A DNA stretch of 26,675 nucleotides from an uncultured Gemmatimonadota bacterium (GCA_937899135.1 CALBPS010000429.1:1-26675); one strand, 5' to 3'. Counted from the first letter of the stretch, positions 8,836 through 17,821 are shown. Notes: generated by a model not told the origin, from the sequence alone. A program made the numbers and translations.

Positions 8836-9295
8836 TGGTGAACGCGGGCTCATCGGTGACTTCCCGGGTGACGTGTGGCGCCAGCCATTGCGGAATGGTG
8901 GGGTGTCGCTCGTCCGGCAGTTCGATCTCGCCCAGCACGAGGGGTTGGTCCAGAAACTCGTCGATCTCCCAGATGAAATCTCCATCCGGGACCAGGTAGC
9001 GGCGCTTACGAATGCGCCGTCCATTGGTCAGGGGCCACAGCGCATCGAAGAATCGTTCGGTCATCGGCTCTTCGATTTCGATGCGCGAGACTCCTCTGCC
9101 GAGTTTGATGGTGCGGACGAAACGGGTCTTGCCGGCCTGGCGCACCCGGCGGATTCGTTCGATGATCTTGGTGCCCGGGAGATACCCCTGCACGATCTCG
9201 ACGGACGGTGCGGCCGCCGCGGTGTCGGGGAGGCCCTCGAGCAAGTACTTGCGTTCGATCTCTCGGTCGAGGGGCGGATCGGTGGTGGAGGCCAT
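8816..9295 (-). CDS. CYTH-domain (triphosphate tunnel metalloenzyme) protein
   Basis: EIERKYL (ExExK), QGYL, RIRR, TIK, RIEIE, IRKRRY, WEIDEF, EIEL, EVTD and the C-terminal FTN. Start at MASTTD (9295). Confidence 0.9.
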   Translation of the reverse strand: MASTTDPPLDREIERKYLLEGLPDTAAAAPSVEIVQGYLPGTKIIERIRRVRQAGKTRFVRTIKLGRGVSRIEIEEPMTERFFDALWPLTNGRRIRKRRYLVPDGDFIWEIDEFLDQPLVLGEIELPDERHPTIPQWLAPHVTREVTDEPAFTNVRLAR

Positions 9296-9312
9296 CGACG
9301 TGAGTGTACCGG

Positions 9313-10485
9313 TTACGCTGCTACCACGACTGGGTTGGCGAATCGCACTCGCTGGATGGCTTGCTGCCGCATCAACTGGATGAACGGCAAGGCAAACTGA
9401 GGATCGAAATCGTCGCCGGTGTTTTCTTCGATCAACGCCAACGCCTTCTCCGACGGCCAGGCGTCGCGATATGGGCGGTTGGTGCACAGCGCGTCGTACA
9501 CATCGCACACGTGAACCAGGCGGCTGGCGATGTGAGTTGGGCGCGCGTAGTGCATGGAAGGGTAACCGCCGCCGTTCAGCATGATGTGATGTTCGTAAGC
9601 CACGATGGCGGGCACTTCCAGCCGGACGTCCCGGCCCAGGATGATCCTGGCGCCTTCGTCGGGGTGTCGCTGCATGACGCGACGCTCTTCGTCGGTAAAC
9701 GCTCCGGGCTTGACGAGAATCTCCTTGGGGATCCTTACTTTCCCCAGATCGTGCAACAACCCGGCCACACCCATCACTCGTACGTCCCGCCCCTGAAGGC
9801 CGATGTACTCGGCGACGGCCATGGCCAGGACCGCCACGTTGGTGGAGTGTGTCGTGGTGTACTGATCGAATTCCTTCAGTTGGAGGAGCGGAAGGAGGAT
9901 CTCCTCCTGGCTGTGCATGGCGGTGGACAACGACCGCACCACCATCTCCGCTTCGAGCATGGGGATGTCGCCCTGGTCCTGCACTTGCCGGTGCATCCAC
10001 TCGATGGTGTCGATGTCGTCTTGCAGCGTGTAGGCGATCGTGGCGCTGGTCCCCAGTAGTTCGTCGGTCTCCTCCGCCTCCTCGATGCCGACCAAGATTG
10101 GCCCGTAGCGGATTCCGGTGCGCCGCATGTACCTGGCCTCGGTGGTGTCCAGCGATTCACCCTTGAACCGGAGGTAGGCGTCACGGAGAAATTCCTCGTA
10201 GTCGTCCCGTGTCACGCTCTCGTCGATCTCGACACGCTCGACACCGACCTCGGCCAGTCGAGGTCCCCATTCCCACTCCTTGAGATCCCGGAGCACCTCC
10301 CGGTGGAACACCACTTCGCGGTCCACGAAGGTGAATTGCCGCTCCCCTGCCCCATCCACCAGGTCGCGCAGCTTCTCGTACGATTCGTCGACGGCCCGCT
10401 CGCGTGCCGGATGGCCTTTGTCGTATAGGGACATGACGGCCAACACGTGCCCCATGGACATCAGAAACCGAACAGGATCGCTCAT
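9313..10485 (-). CDS. HD-GYP domain phosphodiesterase (putative cyclic dinucleotide PDE) with an uncharacterised N-terminal domain
   Basis: YTTTHSTNV, GLLHDLGK, MQRHP, EHHIMLNGGGYP, VCDVYDAL and RPY. The start overlaps the upstream stop (ATGA). Confidence 0.92.
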   Translation of the reverse strand: MSDPVRFLMSMGHVLAVMSLYDKGHPARERAVDESYEKLRDLVDGAGERQFTFVDREVVFHREVLRDLKEWEWGPRLAEVGVERVEIDESVTRDDYEEFLRDAYLRFKGESLDTTEARYMRRTGIRYGPILVGIEEAEETDELLGTSATIAYTLQDDIDTIEWMHRQVQDQGDIPMLEAEMVVRSLSTAMHSQEEILLPLLQLKEFDQYTTTHSTNVAVLAMAVAEYIGLQGRDVRVMGVAGLLHDLGKVRIPKEILVKPGAFTDEERRVMQRHPDEGARIILGRDVRLEVPAIVAYEHHIMLNGGGYPSMHYARPTHIASRLVHVCDVYDALCTNRPYRDAWPSEKALALIEENTGDDFDPQFALPFIQLMRQQAIQRVRFANPVVVAA

Positions 10486-12536
10486 GCGCTGGTGACCATG
10501 GCGCGGATCTCCTCATGCGTGCTGTTTCGAGCCGAATCGAGCACCAACTGAACCTCCGGCGAATCGGCCCAGGTCGTTGACAAGGCGCCCAGGGCCGCCA
10601 GCATTTCGGGCGAGACAGCAGCCAGGCGGCGTCGGCGCTGCCACCACTTGCGTTTGGCCAGGGCTTTGTCAAGCAGCGCCCTGCGGGGCCGGGAGGTGGT
10701 GAGACATCCGAGCACCCGGATGGCCAGCACGCGGATGTCGCCGTCATCGTCGTCCAACAGTTCCAGCGCTCGACGCTCCGCCTTGGGAGGGCAGGCCACC
10801 GTGGCGGCGGTCAGGGCCATGCGGATGATCGAGGTGTCGTCGTCGGTCAGCCCGATCAATATGCCGCTCTCTCGCACCTCTGTCCCCTGAGCCTGGAGCA
10901 TCAACTTGACGGCTTCGCGCCGTACTCGCGCGTCGTCGGCGCGGGCATGCATTTCCGGCGAGAAGCCCTCGGGCCACTCCGGCAGCGATCCCAACAGGAT
11001 GAGGAGGTTTCGCTTGACGTACCATTCGGCTTGGGACAATCGTGCCGCGGCCAGTGGACCGACCCCCGAGCCCATGGCTGTCAGGGTGCTCAGCAGGCGG
11101 TGGCGCATGGCCCGAGACTGCGCCGTCGCAAGGGCGTCCAGCAGCGGCTCGGCGGCGTCGGCGCCGAGCCGCTCGAGTACCCGCTGGACCCCTTCGACGT
11201 TGTGTTCGTCGTGGGCCAGCAAATATGTCACCTGTTCTGGCGACGAAAGGTACGCCCAGGTGTCTGCCGGAGTAGAAGACGCCTCCGGGGCGGCATCGAG
11301 AATGTCCAGCAACTCCTGAAACCGGCCCGTCTGCAACATGTTGTCTACCGCGTTGGCCACCGTGGCGCCAAACACGCTGACCTCCATGGCCATCTGGATG
11401 ATCCGGGGGGCCTCGCTGGTTGTTTCACTGGTTGCGCTCGTGGTCTCCTCGGTTCCGACGGCCGCGAGCCGCTCGAGGACCGCGGTGTATGCCTCCGGAT
11501 TGGGATCCTCCAGGGTCCAGTCGTCGAGCAGGGACTGGACCGATTCCCTGAAGCTGTCGTCGGCCTGTGGTTTGAGGGCGGTGTTGCTATCCCTCTCGGC
11601 GTGATCCGCCAGCTTGGACAACAGGCGGAGGAACGAATGGGAGATCGTCTGCTGGCCCGTATCCGCCGCGGCCTTGACCAGATCCATCACCGCGCTGACC
11701 GGCAACGTCGCCGATAGATCGGAGAGCAGCTGATTCCGGTCGGCAAGGCCTCCGCCAACCTCGAGGAGCCGCTTGAGGGTAGCCTGGTCGAGCGACTGCA
11801 GGAGGCCGGCGACCTGTTCTTGCATGGCCTTGGCCTCGGCTCCCTCACGGAGTTTGAGTTCCCGTCCCAATTGTGTGAGGTACCCGACGATGACCTGGTC
11901 GTATGTCCGGTCTCCCTTGCGGTCCTTGATCGCCTCAGCGACTCGATCCGGGTCTCCGCCGGTCGCGTCGTCGGTCCCGCCCACGGTATCCTTGCGTAGC
12001 GCCGCCGCCGCCAGTCCCAGCCATAGTTGTGACTGACCAGCCAGCCCTTCACGTTTCGCGTCATCGCCCGCCAGGACCAGCTCATCGAACGTGAGGGGGA
12101 TCACTTTGATGTGCTGCCAGCGGTCGAGCTCCTCGCTTGGCCGCAGTCCGAATGGCACGTCTTCCCGGTTGGCCTCCGGGCACAATGTGGCGAGAAGATC
12201 CGCCAACTCACTCAAGGTGACGCCCGCCTGGAACCGGATGGCAGCCACCTGGTGGCGATGCAACCGCTCGGCCAGTTCCGACAGTACGGCGCTATGCGGA
12301 TCGGTCGCCACGCCCTCCACGATCAGCTGATTCCGGGCCACCCCCATCGCCAGCATATCACGTTCCGACAGCAGGGCCAGGAGTTGCGTGTAGACCGATT
12401 CGGTGGCCTCATTGACGACCGGGTGGTTGGTGGGATACGTGGCGGCCTTGTGGAGGCCGACTGAGAGCTGCACCAGGAACACAGAGATTTCCCGGGACAG
12501 CGTCTGGGCCTTTGGGGAGGCCTCAGGTTCATTCAC
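10482..12536 (-). CDS. HEAT/armadillo-repeat protein
   Basis: C-terminal HEAT-like repeats (WYVKRNLLILLG; DARVRREAVKLM; DDDTSIIRMAL; DDDDGDIRVLAIRVLG). GTG start with a GAGG RBS. The N-terminal domain resembles that of the HD-GYP neighbour. Confidence 0.8.
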   Translation of the reverse strand: MNEPEASPKAQTLSREISVFLVQLSVGLHKAATYPTNHPVVNEATESVYTQLLALLSERDMLAMGVARNQLIVEGVATDPHSAVLSELAERLHRHQVAAIRFQAGVTLSELADLLATLCPEANREDVPFGLRPSEELDRWQHIKVIPLTFDELVLAGDDAKREGLAGQSQLWLGLAAAALRKDTVGGTDDATGGDPDRVAEAIKDRKGDRTYDQVIVGYLTQLGRELKLREGAEAKAMQEQVAGLLQSLDQATLKRLLEVGGGLADRNQLLSDLSATLPVSAVMDLVKAAADTGQQTISHSFLRLLSKLADHAERDSNTALKPQADDSFRESVQSLLDDWTLEDPNPEAYTAVLERLAAVGTEETTSATSETTSEAPRIIQMAMEVSVFGATVANAVDNMLQTGRFQELLDILDAAPEASSTPADTWAYLSSPEQVTYLLAHDEHNVEGVQRVLERLGADAAEPLLDALATAQSRAMRHRLLSTLTAMGSGVGPLAAARLSQAEWYVKRNLLILLGSLPEWPEGFSPEMHARADDARVRREAVKLMLQAQGTEVRESGILIGLTDDDTSIIRMALTAATVACPPKAERRALELLDDDDGDIRVLAIRVLGCLTTSRPRRALLDKALAKRKWWQRRRRLAAVSPEMLAALGALSTTWADSPEVQLVLDSARNSTHEEIRAMVTSA

Positions 12537-12707
12537 GGCCTCAGGTCCATTAACGATCGGTTGTGGGCGGAAGAGGGTTCACGCCGGCAGTTGTCTACCA
12601 CAGGCTGCCACCGGCGACTGTCCCACTCGACAATACTGGACCGCGACCCATTCTACTAAAGTACGTACCCGACCGGTGGGCTGAAACCCCAAGCATGCAG
12701 TGGGCTC

Positions 12708-14000
12708 CTACTCGATGCCGGTCTCGATAGCGTCGAGCATGGCCTCGGCGAACTGGTCCACCTCGTCCACGGTGGTGTACACGTTCGGCGTCACTCGCAG
12801 ACCTTGGAATTCGGGGTGGAGGATCGGCACGGTGACGATGCCGTAGTTTCGGCGGAGCCAGCCCGGGAGGGCCTTGGTGTCCAGCCCGTCGACACTCACC
12901 AACCCGATGGCTCCTCCGTACTCCGAGTCGAGTGGCGTGAGAACGGTAACCCGGTCGCTCTCCTCCAGGAGGAGCTTTGCCCATCGGTCTCGCAGGTACC
13001 GCAAGCGCGCGACCTTGCGCTCGGCGCCGATGCCCTGGTGGAACGCCAATGCCGCTGAGATGGCATTGTGGTTGGCCGCCGGGTGTGTCCCGATCTCCTC
13101 GTACTTGCGGATGTTGTCGTCCATCGATTCAGGTGCGGCCATGAGGGGCCACAGGCCGCGCTGCTTGTCCTTGCGAACGTAGAGGAAGCCGGTACCGATC
13201 GGCGCCAGCAGCCATTTGTGCAGACTGGTGCCGTAGTAATCGCAATCGAGCTCGTCACGGGTGAACGGAAAATGGGCGAACGCGTGGGCGCCGTCGACGA
13301 ACACCTCGATGCCTCGGGGCCGGGCTAATTCGACGATCTCCCGCACCGGCAGGATCTGGCCTGACAAGTTGGTAATATGGGTGACCTCGATGACCTTGGT
13401 CCGTGGCGTGATCGCCTCGGCGTACCGCTCGACGATGTGCTCCTGTGATGGCGGGGGCACGGTGAACGAGATTTCCTTCACCACGATGCCGTCCCGGCGG
13501 GCGCGTTGCTGCCACCCGGTGATCATCCGGGGATAGTTCTGGGTCGTGACCAGCACTTCGTCGCCCGGCTCTAGGTCGAGGCCGAAGATCATGATCTCCA
13601 GGGCCTCCGACGCGTTGCGGGTGATCGCCATCTCTTCGGGGTCGCAGCCAAACTCCTCAGCCAGCTCCCGCCGCACGAACTCGACCCTGGGCTCCAGTAC
13701 GCACCACATATACTCCACCGGGTGTACGTCGGTGAATTGGAGGTCGCGGACCATCGCTTCCAGAACGTGGGTAGGCGTGGGGCACACCCCGCCGTTGTTC
13801 AGGTTGATCAGCGTGCGATCGGGAGCGAAGGCGCGCTGGAGGTGGCTCCAGTATTCCTCGTCGTCCGCTACCGCCCCAGCAGATCGCACCCCTGCCTGCT
13901 CGGTGGCGCGGAGGACCCGCCTGATGGCGTCGGAGCGAAAGGGTGGCAGGGCGAGAGTGGCACCGGCAACGGAAGTGACGAACGATCGGCGGTTCAGCAT
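12708..14000 (-). CDS. Tat-exported class V PLP-dependent aminotransferase (isopenicillin-N-epimerase / cysteine desulfurase-like)
   Basis: Twin-arginine signal NRRSFV. Class V motifs LNNGGVCP, RNASEAL, THITNLSG, VDGAHAF and the PLP lysine in TSLHKWL. AGGAG RBS. Confidence 0.92.
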   Translation of the reverse strand: MLNRRSFVTSVAGATLALPPFRSDAIRRVLRATEQAGVRSAGAVADDEEYWSHLQRAFAPDRTLINLNNGGVCPTPTHVLEAMVRDLQFTDVHPVEYMWCVLEPRVEFVRRELAEEFGCDPEEMAITRNASEALEIMIFGLDLEPGDEVLVTTQNYPRMITGWQQRARRDGIVVKEISFTVPPPSQEHIVERYAEAITPRTKVIEVTHITNLSGQILPVREIVELARPRGIEVFVDGAHAFAHFPFTRDELDCDYYGTSLHKWLLAPIGTGFLYVRKDKQRGLWPLMAAPESMDDNIRKYEEIGTHPAANHNAISAALAFHQGIGAERKVARLRYLRDRWAKLLLEESDRVTVLTPLDSEYGGAIGLVSVDGLDTKALPGWLRRNYGIVTVPILHPEFQGLRVTPNVYTTVDEVDQFAEAMLDAIETGIE

Positions 14001-14032
14001 AAGGCGCTCCTGACAGGTGGCTGCACGGGACG

Positions 14033-14164
14033 TACTCAGTATTCAGCTATTCTTGCGCTGCAGCAAGGAGGCTCACCCGCCCCCTAATCCGTTTACGCGT
14101 TCCGCGACTCACTACAACCTTACCCATTGTGACACGATTCATCATTCATTACTCAGTATTCATT
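14033..14164. repeat. Paired heptamer-repeat blocks sharing the 13-nt direct repeat TACTCAGTATTCA
   Basis: TACTCAGTATTCA occurs at 14033-14045 and 14150-14162. The second copy sits within ATTCATC-ATTCATT-ACTCAGT-ATTCATT (14137-14164). Confidence 0.75.
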
Positions 14165-14175
14165 TTTCTCCCGCC

Positions 14176-15189
14176 TCACTTCCCCCGCCGCAGTCCCAGA
14201 TTCACCACCTTTTGCAGCAGCTCCGGGTAGCTGATGCCTATGTGCGCAGCCGCCGAAGCAAACTCTTCGCACTTGGCGATCTCGGGATTGGGGTTGGCCT
14301 CCAGGAAGAACAAGGCGCCGTCTTCCCGCAACCGAAAATCGATCCGGGCGTACCCCTCGAGTTCGAGTGCCTGATAGATACGCCGGCAGGTGCGCTCGAT
14401 ACGCGTCGCCCGTGAGGGCGACAGGTCATCGGCCGGCCGTTGGTAGATGCCCCAATCTGCCTGGACGTCGGTGTCGTGCTTGACTTTCTCGGTGGCGATG
14501 TGGGGCATGTTGGCCGGGAGGTTCTCGAACAGCAGTTCCCAGATCGGCAGCACGGTGAGGCGCCGGTTGCCGATGACCCCGACGTAGAGTTCCCGGCCCT
14601 CGATGTACTCTTCGACGATGGCGTCGGTCTCCAGCTGCCGGTGGACGTAGCTGATCCGCTCGGCGAGGGCGCCGTCGCTATGGACCACCGATGACCGGGA
14701 AATCCCGAACGAGGCATGCTCCACCAGACTCTTTACGATGACCGGGTAGCGCAGGTGATCGGCAAGACGCCTTCGGTGGCCGCGCCGCACGACCATGAAT
14801 TCCGGCACCCTGATGCCGTGGTACAGCAGGATCTTCTTGGCCTGAGCCTTGTCGCGGGTCAGCACCAGCCCGCGGGGGTTATTGCCGGTGTAAGGCACCC
14901 GGAGCAACTCCAGGTAGCTGACGATGTGGTGGTCGAACTGCGCCTGGCCGTGAAATTCCTCCAACAGGTTGAACACGATGTGGGGGTGCCACGCCTGGAC
15001 GGCGTTGCGGATGGCGAGTACGTCGTCCTGCACGCCGAGGGGTCGCACCGTATGACCTAGGCGGCGCAGGGTCGTCGTCACGTCGTACTCGGTCTTCCAG
15101 ACGTTGATTTCCTGCGCGGTGTGGCCCTTGAGCGTCCTCGGAGGGATTAGATCAGGGTGCATGAGCACCAGGATGCGCCGAGGGATCAT
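14176..15189 (-). CDS. ATP-grasp ligase, D-Ala-D-Ala ligase-like family
   Basis: FNLLE, LELLRVPYTG, DKAQAK, YPVIVK, ASFGIS, VEEYIEGRELYVGVIGN, GYARIDFRL and FFLEANPNP. It lacks the canonical Ddl N-terminal GGxSxE motif. ATG 15189 overlaps the upstream stop. Confidence 0.88.
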   Translation of the reverse strand: MIPRRILVLMHPDLIPPRTLKGHTAQEINVWKTEYDVTTTLRRLGHTVRPLGVQDDVLAIRNAVQAWHPHIVFNLLEEFHGQAQFDHHIVSYLELLRVPYTGNNPRGLVLTRDKAQAKKILLYHGIRVPEFMVVRRGHRRRLADHLRYPVIVKSLVEHASFGISRSSVVHSDGALAERISYVHRQLETDAIVEEYIEGRELYVGVIGNRRLTVLPIWELLFENLPANMPHIATEKVKHDTDVQADWGIYQRPADDLSPSRATRIERTCRRIYQALELEGYARIDFRLREDGALFFLEANPNPEIAKCEEFASAAAHIGISYPELLQKVVNLGLRRGK

Positions 15190-16232
15190 ACTGGTATCCA
15201 CTCCCTAGCCGAGGGGTCACGCAGCGATGTACCAAGGTGCCGGCGGACGAAACGAACGACATCACGGACCACGGCCTGGTCCCCCCGAGTAGTGTGGAGC
15301 GCCAGCACATCGGAGCGGTTGATGAGGTCGTCATACACCATGGCCAATGCATACTCCGCCTCGAGCGAGCGCGGGGCAACCTCTGCCTCGACATCGGGCC
15401 TGATGCGGCGCAGGAGCGCGGCTCCCCTGTGCCGGTGTCCCGCCGGCCGGCCGCCTTCGAAGAACGACCGGAGCGGAGCATCGAGAGAGGTAGCCCGATC
15501 CACGCCCAATCGCCGCCGCCGCTCACGGTAGTGCTCCCGAAGGGTGGTGCGGTGTCGGTCCAGGGGGTCGATGGCCCGGCGGCTGACTCGGGGAACGGCC
15601 CGGGTCGATAACTCCCCCATGAGACGGTCCACGTATGCCAGCTTGGCCAGGGCGGGCCACCCCGCATAGCGGCTGCGCCAGGGGGAGCGGGGCGGCAACC
15701 ACACCGAGAAGGTCTCGGCGAAATCCTCGTCAGGATGACATTGGGCGTACCAGTCCTGCAGGTGGTGCACGTAGTCCCTGCTGGTCGGGTCGGTCCGGTA
15801 GCGGTCGGGGTACCGGAGTGACGAGCGACCGAATATCCGCTGCCAGTCCCGGCGCCGTTCAAAACGATAGGCGTGCTGGAGCGCGTGGGCGGTCTCGTGC
15901 CGGACCAACTTCAGGCACTCGCGCCGGGTGCCACCCTCCACGGCATACATCATTCGCCGTTCGAGGCGCTCGAGCCGGGGATGGGTCAGGTAGAACGGTA
16001 CCGCAAAGCCGCCGATGCCGTCGGGCGAAAACCACTCGTCAGAGACCCACACGCGGGGCCGGAACCGCACGCCGCGTAGCGCCATCTCCCCGGAGATCCG
16101 CTCCAGGCAGGCTTCGAGAAAAACGCCTGGCGTGGTGATCGCCAGGTCGGCAAACCGCAGGTCGAGGAGTTCCTCGTCGGGGTACTTGGCCCACGAGGGC
16201 TCATCGCAAGGACTGCAGTGTGTGTCCCTCAC
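15186..16232 (-). CDS. Putative zinc-binding metallopeptidase (HExxH zincin, Peptidase_Mx1-like)
   Basis: RHETAH followed by YAQCHPDEDFAETF, plus EWFSPDG and PFYLTHPRL. GTG 16232 overlaps the GDPD stop. The longer track ORF from 16724 runs through the GDPD gene. Confidence 0.82.
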   Translation of the reverse strand: MRDTHCSPCDEPSWAKYPDEELLDLRFADLAITTPGVFLEACLERISGEMALRGVRFRPRVWVSDEWFSPDGIGGFAVPFYLTHPRLERLERRMMYAVEGGTRRECLKLVRHETAHALQHAYRFERRRDWQRIFGRSSLRYPDRYRTDPTSRDYVHHLQDWYAQCHPDEDFAETFSVWLPPRSPWRSRYAGWPALAKLAYVDRLMGELSTRAVPRVSRRAIDPLDRHRTTLREHYRERRRRLGVDRATSLDAPLRSFFEGGRPAGHRHRGAALLRRIRPDVEAEVAPRSLEAEYALAMVYDDLINRSDVLALHTTRGDQAVVRDVVRFVRRHLGTSLRDPSAREWIPV

Positions 16233-17056
16233 GTCGGACGGGCACCCGGGCGCAGCGGCACCATCACGGCCGGTAGGTTGGTGATGATCCCCGTTACTCC
16301 GTCGCGCCAGAGACGCGTGGCGGTGCCGGGTTCGTCGATGGTCCACACATGCACGGGGATTCCGCTCTGGGCGGCCAGGGCCAGGCGCCGAGGGGCCACC
16401 AGCTCGAGGTTCCCCTTCCGCTGTGGCATGGAGAGCATGGCGTAGCCAGGGCGAACCGGGGATAAGCCCGCTACCGAGAGCAAGTACCACCAGGCGATTT
16501 CCCTCCGCGAGGCCGACCGGCGGTAGACGCCGTCCCGAAAGGCCCGCAACGCGCCGTGCAGAGACGACGCCACGACTACGTGCCGCCGGGCTCCGAACCG
16601 GTCCAGCACCAGGCGCACCTGTTCTTGCCCTCTCGACGACTTGAGCTCTAGGAGGATGGGGACTGCGGCAAAGCGCTCGAGCACCTGAGACAGGGTCGGG
16701 AGCACCGCTCCCCGGCCGCGCCATGGGTAGGCCTGTCCCCCGTCTGTGGTAAAGCAGTAGCCGGCGTCGATCTCTTGGAGAGCGGCGCTGGTGCTGGTTG
16801 CTACCGGAAGGTCCACATTTCCGATCCGGCCGGTAGACGGGTCGTGAATAATGACGGGCACACCATCGGCCGAGACCTGGACGTCCATTTCTAGGGCATC
16901 GGCTCCCTGGTCGAGGGCCAACTGAAACGCCCCGCAGGTGTTTTCTGGCCGGTGTGCCGAGGCGCCCCGGTGGGCCACGACCACAGGCCGGCCAGGGCCG
17001 ACCAAGGTGGCTACCGGGAGATTCTCGGTGGACGCCAGGTTACCTGATGATGCCAT
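16229..17056 (-). CDS. Glycerophosphodiester phosphodiesterase (GDPD, GlpQ/UgpQ family)
   Basis: VAHRGAS, PENT, LEMDVQVSADGVPVIIHD, LELK, VWTID and GVTGIITNLP. AAGGA RBS before ATG 17056. Confidence 0.92.
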   Translation of the reverse strand: MASSGNLASTENLPVATLVGPGRPVVVAHRGASAHRPENTCGAFQLALDQGADALEMDVQVSADGVPVIIHDPSTGRIGNVDLPVATSTSAALQEIDAGYCFTTDGGQAYPWRGRGAVLPTLSQVLERFAAVPILLELKSSRGQEQVRLVLDRFGARRHVVVASSLHGALRAFRDGVYRRSASRREIAWWYLLSVAGLSPVRPGYAMLSMPQRKGNLELVAPRRLALAAQSGIPVHVWTIDEPGTATRLWRDGVTGIITNLPAVMVPLRPGARPT

Positions 17057-17320
17057 GCGGTTCCTTGCTGTCATTGCAAGTACATTGCTGACAATAAGAT
17101 ACCTCACCGGTGGCAGGCTGGACAGCAACCGGCTAGTTTCGCCCTCAATAATGAAGAAAACTTCACGAGCGCTTCACTGTGACCCATTGAATGGTGCTCT
17201 AGATTGACCACACTCGATCTTGCGAGAAGGCTAGGCTACTAGGGGTAATTCTGATAACGGCATGAGTATGTCGGGTTTTGTTTCCCAGTGAACGCTCGGT
17301 TTATGAAAGGACGAATGCGA

Positions 17321-17821
17321 ATGACGATGATCTCGAGGCCGAACTCGATTCGGTTGGCGGCCGCTCTACTGGTAGTGGGCGCCGTGGCTTGCGGTGGATC
17401 CTCCGGTGATTCCGGTGACGCGGAGTCGAACCAGGCGCAAGCCGCTGGCGGGAGTGACGAACTCACGGCCTTCCAGCTGGAACACGGTATCGGTCCGATG
17501 ACCGAGGTCGTCGAGGTGGGTGCACTGGACCCGGCAATGGCCCAAACCGGCGAAGAAATTTTCGCCATAAAATGTTCTTCGTGCCACAAGATAGACGAGC
17601 GGTACGTGGGACCGGCGTTGGGAGAGATCGCCCAGCAGCGATCGGCCACGTTCATCATGAACATGATCCTCAATCCGAAGGAAATGTACGAGCGGCATCC
17701 GGAGACGAAGGCGCTCCTGGCCGAGTATTTATCCTTCATGCCGGATCAGAACGTTACGCCCGACGAAGCGCGGGCCATCGTGGAGTATCTGCGCTCGGCT
17801 GCCCCAGGCGATGCCGAGTAG
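17321..17821 (+). CDS. Monohaem cytochrome c lipoprotein associated with the clade II nos cluster
   Basis: Lipobox AVAC, haem motif CSSCH, YVGP and a candidate axial Met (MPDQ). GAAAGGA RBS. Lies immediately upstream of nosZ. Confidence 0.9.
   Translation: MTMISRPNSIRLAAALLVVGAVACGGSSGDSGDAESNQAQAAGGSDELTAFQLEHGIGPMTEVVEVGALDPAMAQTGEEIFAIKCSSCHKIDERYVGPALGEIAQQRSATFIMNMILNPKEMYERHPETKALLAEYLSFMPDQNVTPDEARAIVEYLRSAAPGDAE

Noticed and set aside
12650-12655. Sigma70-like promoter for the HEAT operon (TAGAAT on the minus strand)
   Set aside because: There is no matching -35 or extended -10, so the evidence is insufficient.
14176-15189. Calling this gene housekeeping ddl or a vancomycin-resistance ligase
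   Set aside because: It lacks the Ddl N-terminal GGxSxE motif and has no dcw or van context, so the gene symbol is withheld.
15186-16724. 512-aa version of the metallopeptidase
   Set aside because: The first 164 codons overlap the GDPD gene and are low-complexity. GTG 16232, coupled to the GDPD stop, is the more plausible start.
17233-17250. CsoR-like copper operator (TAC...GGGGTA) upstream of the nos cluster
   Set aside because: Only one G-tract half is present, without the required inverted C-tract symmetry.
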